Source: Lama glama (lineage: Eukaryota). Taken from it: DNA of 64,000 bases. The position numbers and the translations under genes were made by a program. The stretch covers positions 94,304,001-94,368,000 of the forward strand of contig CM052817.1 of assembly GCA_028534125.1 (NCBI GenBank), in the 5' to 3' direction. Position 1 is the stretch's first letter; the number at the start of each line of letters is the position of its first letter. Below are positions 57,431 to 64,000 of the stretch, piece by piece. The notes beneath the pieces are model-generated. The model was not told the origin of the DNA, ran no database searches, and saw nothing but the letters and a program-made list of their open reading frames with translations.

Positions 57431-57667
57431 CTTTTTTTTAATTGAAGTACAGTCAGTTACAATGTGTCAGTCTCTGGTGTACCGCACAATGTCCCAGTTA
57501 TTTATATATTTATATATATATATAAAAATACACACACACACATTTATTTTCATTAAAGGTTATTTCAAGATATTGAATATAGTCCCCTGTGCTATACAGA
57601 AGAAATTTTTAAAATCTGTTTTTATATATAGTAGTTAATATTTGCAAATATCAAACTCTTCCCAATG
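57431..57667 (-). mobile_element. L1 3' end fragment
   Basis: ttgaagtacagtcagttacaatgtgtc...atattgaatatagtcccctgtgctataca; similar to the 3' UTR at 36490-36690. Confidence 0.8.
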
Positions 57668-57753
57668 TTTTTTATTTTAATGGAGGTACTGGGGATTGAA
57701 CCCAGGACCTCAAGAATGCTAAGCACATGCTCTACCACTGAGTTCTACACCCC
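57668..57753 (-). mobile_element. tRNA-derived SINE (Vic-1-like)
   Basis: tggaggtactggggattgaacccaggacc...ctctaccactgag. Confidence 0.8.
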
Positions 57754-60149
57754 TTTATTATTATTATTATTACAATTTTTAATGGTATTATTATTATTAT
57801 TATTTATTATTAATTGTAATGGCCTGGTCTTAGAAGATGGAAGAAAACAGATTCTGTCTCTCATGGGCACTTTTGTGTGCTCTCTGGAGATCTCTCACTG
57901 CCATAGTTGGGAATTTCTCACCTGCAGCTCCCTTGATGAGGATGACTGCCTCTATTCTGGCTGGTCACTTAGTCCTTTCTCAACCATTAGCACTTGGCAG
58001 TGCTCGTGCTGGGGACTGTTCATCCCTGTAGGTGGCGCCTTTGGACAAGAGCTAAGACAGGTCCATCCTGGCTCTCTATCGCACGCATGGCTTACATTTG
58101 GCCCACTGCAACCTTCCTGCATCCTTCTCCTTGATAAACTCTAGGAATATTGTCTAACCCTAATGTAGTCTCTCTCTTCTGCTCATCTGTCAAAGCAGCC
58201 AGTAAGTTTATCTCCTACACTGAGATTTTCCAGGTAGAGCCAGACCCCGTTCACTGTATCTCAGATGGTCTCCTTAGGACCCCCTCTTGTGATTTAGTGC
58301 CAATTTGAAAAGCTATCATGTTAAAGCCACCATTCCAACACACTGTTCGGCATTTTTGTCAGAGCCCTCCAGACATCTCAAGATCAGGGACCACATCCCA
58401 CATGACTTTGCACCCTTAGGAACACATCATCTGGTGGGCTGGTGTGTTACACATGCTCAGGAAATTATCAAGTGGATTGTCTTAATTTACTTTTGATATA
58501 TTTTGAACTTATTACAAAAGATTTTTTTTTAAGTTTGGACAAAGCTATCTGCTCTTTTTTTTTTTTTGTAGCAGAGAATTTACTCTGTCTGGTATTGGGG
58601 AAGGGAGAGAGCTAAGAAAGATGTTTTAAAAAATTGAGTTACATCACTGTTCAAAGAAAAATTGTAAGAATTAGGCCTCTCTGAATACAGTAAGATACAA
58701 GATATAAGAAGAGGACAATGTCACTTAGAAGAAAAATCACGAAACTCTTCCAAGATGCTCTGTGTATTGAGCAACAGGAGATGTGGTAACAGAGAGGAAA
58801 GGGCGGCTCTGTGCAGCCCGGCAGCACCTCCAGGTCGTCCTCACCCTCGCCCTGTCTAGAAAACTGAGATACTGGCAATAACCCTTAAGGGCGGGCAGTT
58901 CTGAGAGTATGACATTTTGGCCACATCATATTTATGTTAGATGGATTCCACTCCCTTGGATGGGTTTTTATCTCCTTCAAAAGAGACTGTTCTTTAAATG
59001 GAAATAGGGAGGAGAAATGCGACAAGGATGAAAAAAGGCACAGAAACATGAAAAATCCTAGCATTTTGGGAGGAAAACAAAAGTGTGTTTCTTAGAAATG
59101 TGCCAAGTGAGAGCAGAGGAATGCAGAGAATGAGTTTAGAGAGGATCCTGCCAGATCCTGCAGAAACCTGGATCCATTTTAAGCAGATGGGACTTCACTT
59201 TCTAGACTCTCTGTAGAATGTGGGAACCAATTTTAAGCAGTGGTAAGGTGGCTGTTTTTTTTGTTTTCTCCACCTGTCTAACTAACCTGTCTAAGTGGGA
59301 GCCACAGATTTAAGGAAGAGTTAGGGCTGCTGATTAGGAAGAAATCACAATTATCCAAGTGAGACCTGAGGGTGGTTTGAACTATGCACTCGTACTAGGG
59401 ATGGAGTGGAAGAGATAGATGTGGTAAGTGTCCTGAGCAGCAGCCAGTGAGTGGATGTCGGTGGCTTCTGGGATGCCCTGCAGGTGTGGGGGTGGGACCA
59501 TCATTAACTCAGCTGGAAATACAGGAGGGAAAACAGTCTTGGTCAGGGTTAGAAAGGCTTTCATGTGTGAACCTGGAGTTCAAAAACCAGATCAGGGCTG
59601 CAGATGAGATCTGGGGGTCCTAAGCACAGAAGTTGTGGTCAATCCTGTATTAGATGGTATGACCATACAAAGTGAATGAGTAAGGAGAACTGTAGTGGGG
59701 ATATCAACCATTAGGGAGACTGGCAGAGGGGAAGGAGCTCAAAAAAAAAAAAAAAAAGAGAGAGAGACACTGATGAAGAGAGAGGAGTAGATCCAAGAAA
59801 ATCAAGAGATTAAAGCATACTGGAAAATATGAGTGATCACAACATCAAACGCAGCATGCGTATCCAGAAATTTAAGATATATGCAAGTAACAGTGGCAAA
59901 ACAACCAAAATACATCTTATGAAACTTAAGCTGCATAAATAGGACTAAAGTGCCCAAGTTGAAGAATAAGAACTGAAATAAAAATTTTCTACTTTTAAAG
60001 CCTGTAACAATTGTATTATAATATAACTAGCCTTATAAGACATAGTGACACTCGTTTTTCTGAATGGCTTCCTGGGGTTTACAGCACAGCAACATGCCTT
60101 TCAAGTTTTAAAAACGTGGATTTTTTTTTTTGTCCAGATTCATATAAAC

Positions 60150-60650
60150 TCAAACACCAAGAGTGAAGCTAATGTAAACTATGGACTCTGGGCGATAATG
60201 ATGTGTCAATGTAGGTTCATGAATTGTAACAAAGGTAGCATGCTGGTGGGGGATGCTGATGATGCAGAAGTTGCAGAGTGGAATTCTGGACAGGGACTTA
60301 AAAAATGAACACTGGTATATGGAACAATTTAAATGAATCTCACAGTTGAATTAAAGTTGTTGAAAATTAAAGTGTTGAATTAAAGAAGCCAGAAAAATAA
60401 AAATGTCAACCCTTTACGATTTCACTTATATGAAGTACAAAAACGGGGAAAATAAATCTATGGTAACAAAAATCCAAACATGGTTGTAGTAGGGTTGGGA
60501 CAGAATTAATTAGAAAGGGGAACAAGGGTGCTTTCTGACATGATGGAAAAATTCTTGACTATGTAGTATTTACACAGGTACTTGTAACCATCAAAATTAA
60601 TCCAGTGGTACACTTACAATATGTGCATTCACTGTATATAAATTTTATAA
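60150..60650 (+). mobile_element. L1MC/ME-like 3' fragments
   Basis: aatgtaaactatggactctgggcgataatgatgtgtcaatgtaggttcat. Confidence 0.65.
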
Positions 60651-62378
60651 TAGCAGAAAAGGACAAAAATAAATGAGAAGAATTATTATTAAAAAAATCA
60701 CTTTGTGATGAAGTTTATCTTGGTCCATAGCAACAGTATTAACCACATTTTTTAAGAAAGTTGGATGTGCTGATTTTGCCAAAATGACACTTTGTTTATG
60801 CATAATTCTCCCTTACAATGTTTTCTTAAATCCATCACCATTGTGTTAGACATCCATTTAATGACAAAGATACTAATCTAGCTGGCAATCTTTATAGGCA
60901 AATTTTATGCATGTTATAAAAATCTTATTTCTTCAGGACAAAATTAATAGCCCTCTGTGAAATGACATCAATTCTTTTTTTTTTTTTTGTGGCAGACTAC
61001 AAGAGTTTTCAAATCACATCCTGAAAATGGAAGGAAATGTCTTCAGCAGATAAGCAGGGACCTGCTATAAAGTGTTTGTATACAGAACAGACACACAGTG
61101 GTAATTAATAAATGTCCTCAGCTCCATCTTGCCCCTGTTACAGGGCAGGTGGAAGCTAGCGTCTTAAGCCAGGTGCATGCATGTGAAGTCTAAGGTGCAT
61201 ATGTTCAGCTAACACTGATTGGCCATATTCTGTGGCCTCTGCCCTCAGAAGCTGTTTTTTTTTTTGTTTTGTTTTGTTTTTTATAATGGGTCCCATGGCA
61301 GTGCAGGGTCCTGGGTTGTTAGGTTGCCTCTGCCCCGTACCATTTCTTTTCTTAGCACTATCCCATGGCAATTGCTTTTACAAAGACATTTCTGCAGGTG
61401 ATCTATTTGACAAGGGGCTAGTTGATCTCTGTTTAAGGAAGCCAAACATTTCCCAGAGTCTAGCTAAATAGAATAAAAACATTTCATCCTAATTCCAACC
61501 CTGGAGCTGCTGGGGTACATCGTTACGTTGCTGGATATTGTGTCATCACCTGGCCCAAAGGAAAATGTGCTTTTGCTACCAGATGATGGACTTGACACTT
61601 CTGCACAAAGAAAGCATTAGTGGTATTTAACAAGTGCTCAGACAGGGACAAATTACATGTAAATCCTAACCCTGGAAAATGTGCACTTCCCCCAATTTTT
61701 TTCTTAAATCATCCATTTCATCAGACACACATTTTTATCTCTAACTGAAAGGACAACTAAACTGCTTCCCATGATACACCATGAGTTAGAATCTGATCAA
61801 TGCTTAATGCTTAAAAACTGAATTAGGGAAATTGTCATTTCGCGTCCAAAAGACTATAATCGAGTAGCAGTATAATCAAGCTAATAATCACTGTGATTGT
61901 TTCCTCAAGGAAATAATAAATGGCACCATTCAAAGAAACCATTAGCATCATGAGTGGCAAAATCTGTGACTATCTTTAATCTAGAGACTAAAGCAGCACC
62001 CACAGAAGTCATCCAAGGACAGTGGCTAAATGGGTGCCTGTGGAGTGCCTGAACAGGGGGATGGAGGACATCACACCTTCATAATCTGCAGAACTAGTAT
62101 CTGAAATAGCATTAATTCTGACCCTGGAGATTGAGATGTTACAGGGCAGTCACTGGGTAGAGTCATGCTGGGCTTACTGTAATGTCAGCTTGCAGCTTCA
62201 GGAGACGGGGGCTAGGTAAGTTACGGTCACATCTGTAGCATGACCAGCTGTTTCAGCTCACGTTCACTCTGCATGGAACCTAGGAAAGAGAACGCAACCA
62301 AAAGAACGTAAAGAATGCCTGTTTTCAGCCATGTTAAGAGAAAGAATATTTTGACTATGGACCGTGAGAGTCTAGGAC

Positions 62379-62894
62379 AGTCAAACAGTAAGAATTCATT
62401 TACTAGGGAGAGGCCTTGGAGAAACAGAAGGCAAAATGAATAAATCACAAGACCATTCTGTTGTTTCTGCTCAAGATAGAGTTGGTTCTATTGGCTTGAT
62501 GGTGTTGCTAGGATCCCACGCTCATCAAACAATATTCTGCTTATGAAGTTGCTGTCCATGTGGAGTCTCCTTTAAGGAGAGGGTGTCAATCTGAGGACAC
62601 TGGATTTTTCTAAGCTTATAGCAAAGTGTACAATCTTATTCTTTTCTTTTGCTTTAATTTTTGGGGATGATTTTAAAACACAAAATCAAATTCTTTATCA
62701 AAGTGTAATGCAGTGTATGCTTGGAAAATGTTAAAGCATAAAAGACTATGTAGGGTATGGACACATTATTTTGGGGTCTCCCAGCACCCAAGTTGGAAAG
62801 CAGAGCATGAGTCAAACAATAAGAATTCATTTACTAGGGAGAGGCCTTGGAGAAACAGAAGACAAAATGAACAGCTTAAATCACAAGACAATTC
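62379..62894 (+). repeat. Direct repeat of about 80 bp (62379-62458 and 62810-62894)
   Basis: agtcaaaca(g/a)taagaattcatttactagggagaggccttggagaaacagaag(g/a)caaaatgaa..taaatcacaagac. Confidence 0.9.
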
Positions 62895-64000
62895 AAGTTC
62901 AGTGATTAGCTCCTTTCTTTTTCTGACTTGTTAGGAATAAAATTTTGGCACAGATTTTTAAAGTCCATGATAACATTTTAATGAAAAAACTCAAATAGTC
63001 TACAGGATACTTCATTTCATAAGTGTGGGTTGTGCTGCAGATCTTAAGATGACTTCAAGAATGATCAAATGACAGAGTTGGAAGGATCTCGGGAGATAAC
63101 CCATTGAAACCTCCTTATTTCATGGAGTGGGAAACGGAACCTCTATACCTTCACCTGCCCAAGGTTACCTGGACAGGTAGTGGTACCCCAGATTCAGAGC
63201 CCCCAGTTCCACCTTTCCTCACTCTATCATCTCCCTCCCCAATCTCCTTCCTTTCTCTCCCATTTCTTTCCTTGTGTACTTTGACTATAACTAGGTCCGG
63301 CAGGGAAAGAGAACTGATACGGTACTGGCATCACTCTTTGGCTTCAGGAAAAGGTGTGGCAGTGAAGGGAAGAGGAATTTGAAGCTATTTGGATACAGAT
63401 GTCAATTTTTTCATGTTAATTCCACATCACTATAGAAAACTGAGAAGTAGTCGTAAAGGAAAGAGCTACTATGAAGAAGAGCATGTAGAACAGTGTAAAA
63501 AAAAGTCCCTGCCTCCATAACTTTGCTTCTTTCTCTTCTGCCTGCCTGACAACTTCTTGGTCTTTAGAACTTGGTCCAGGTAAACCTTTCCTGACGTCTC
63601 AGTAAGAGGCAGATACGCTAGCCATAATCCTAATCTTAACCCTGATATTTCGAAAAAAAAATCCCATCTTTCAATTAGGCTTCAAACACCACATACCACC
63701 ATATTGTCATCCTTTTCTTGGCTATGAAGTGATTTTTCAGAAGTCAAAACCAGTTAAATTTACTCAGAGCCTCCTTTTCTTCTGTGGGGAAAACAACAGA
63801 TAATTTATATATAAGATTGTAACACTTCTGTTTCCAAAAAACTACATAGTCAAGGTTAACAGTCTTAGTAGACACTCCCTAATCTCTCTTTGGTGTAACA
63901 GAAAATATAATACAAATTCTAAATTTCTATGGCGTATACTGAAAACTCCTACACCTTATTTTAAGAAAAACAATCGCTATCTTAAATCTAATGGGGCAAT

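Overview
Mammalian genomic DNA, probably camelid, judged from tRNA-derived Vic-1-like SINEs and the L1 3' ends. On the + strand are coding exons 3-24 of SMARCA5/SNF2H (985-25195; 2907 nt = 968 aa + stop, all GT-AG introns, frame intact), followed by a 3' UTR with two poly(A) signal clusters. On the - strand, tail-to-tail with SMARCA5, are the last two coding exons of FREM3 (55623-55772 and 52089-52330). The main unexpected observation is that the 'intergenic' 22 kb between the FREM3 stop and the SMARCA5 3' UTR holds an ordered series of 10 clear and 2 probable fossil exons. They are homologous to FREM2 exons 9-21 (Calx-beta 4-5 and the post-Calx C-terminal region) and carry frameshifts, stops and dead splice sites. 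The current FREM3 C-terminus arises by read-through of a dead splice donor. This records the truncation of a formerly FREM2-sized FREM3. Other content: an L1 nested in an ERV1 remnant, a perfect 104-bp templated duplication that replaces a fossil donor site, and many old repeats. FREM2/FREM3 reference peptides, exon numbering and repeat family names were recalled from memory, not searched.
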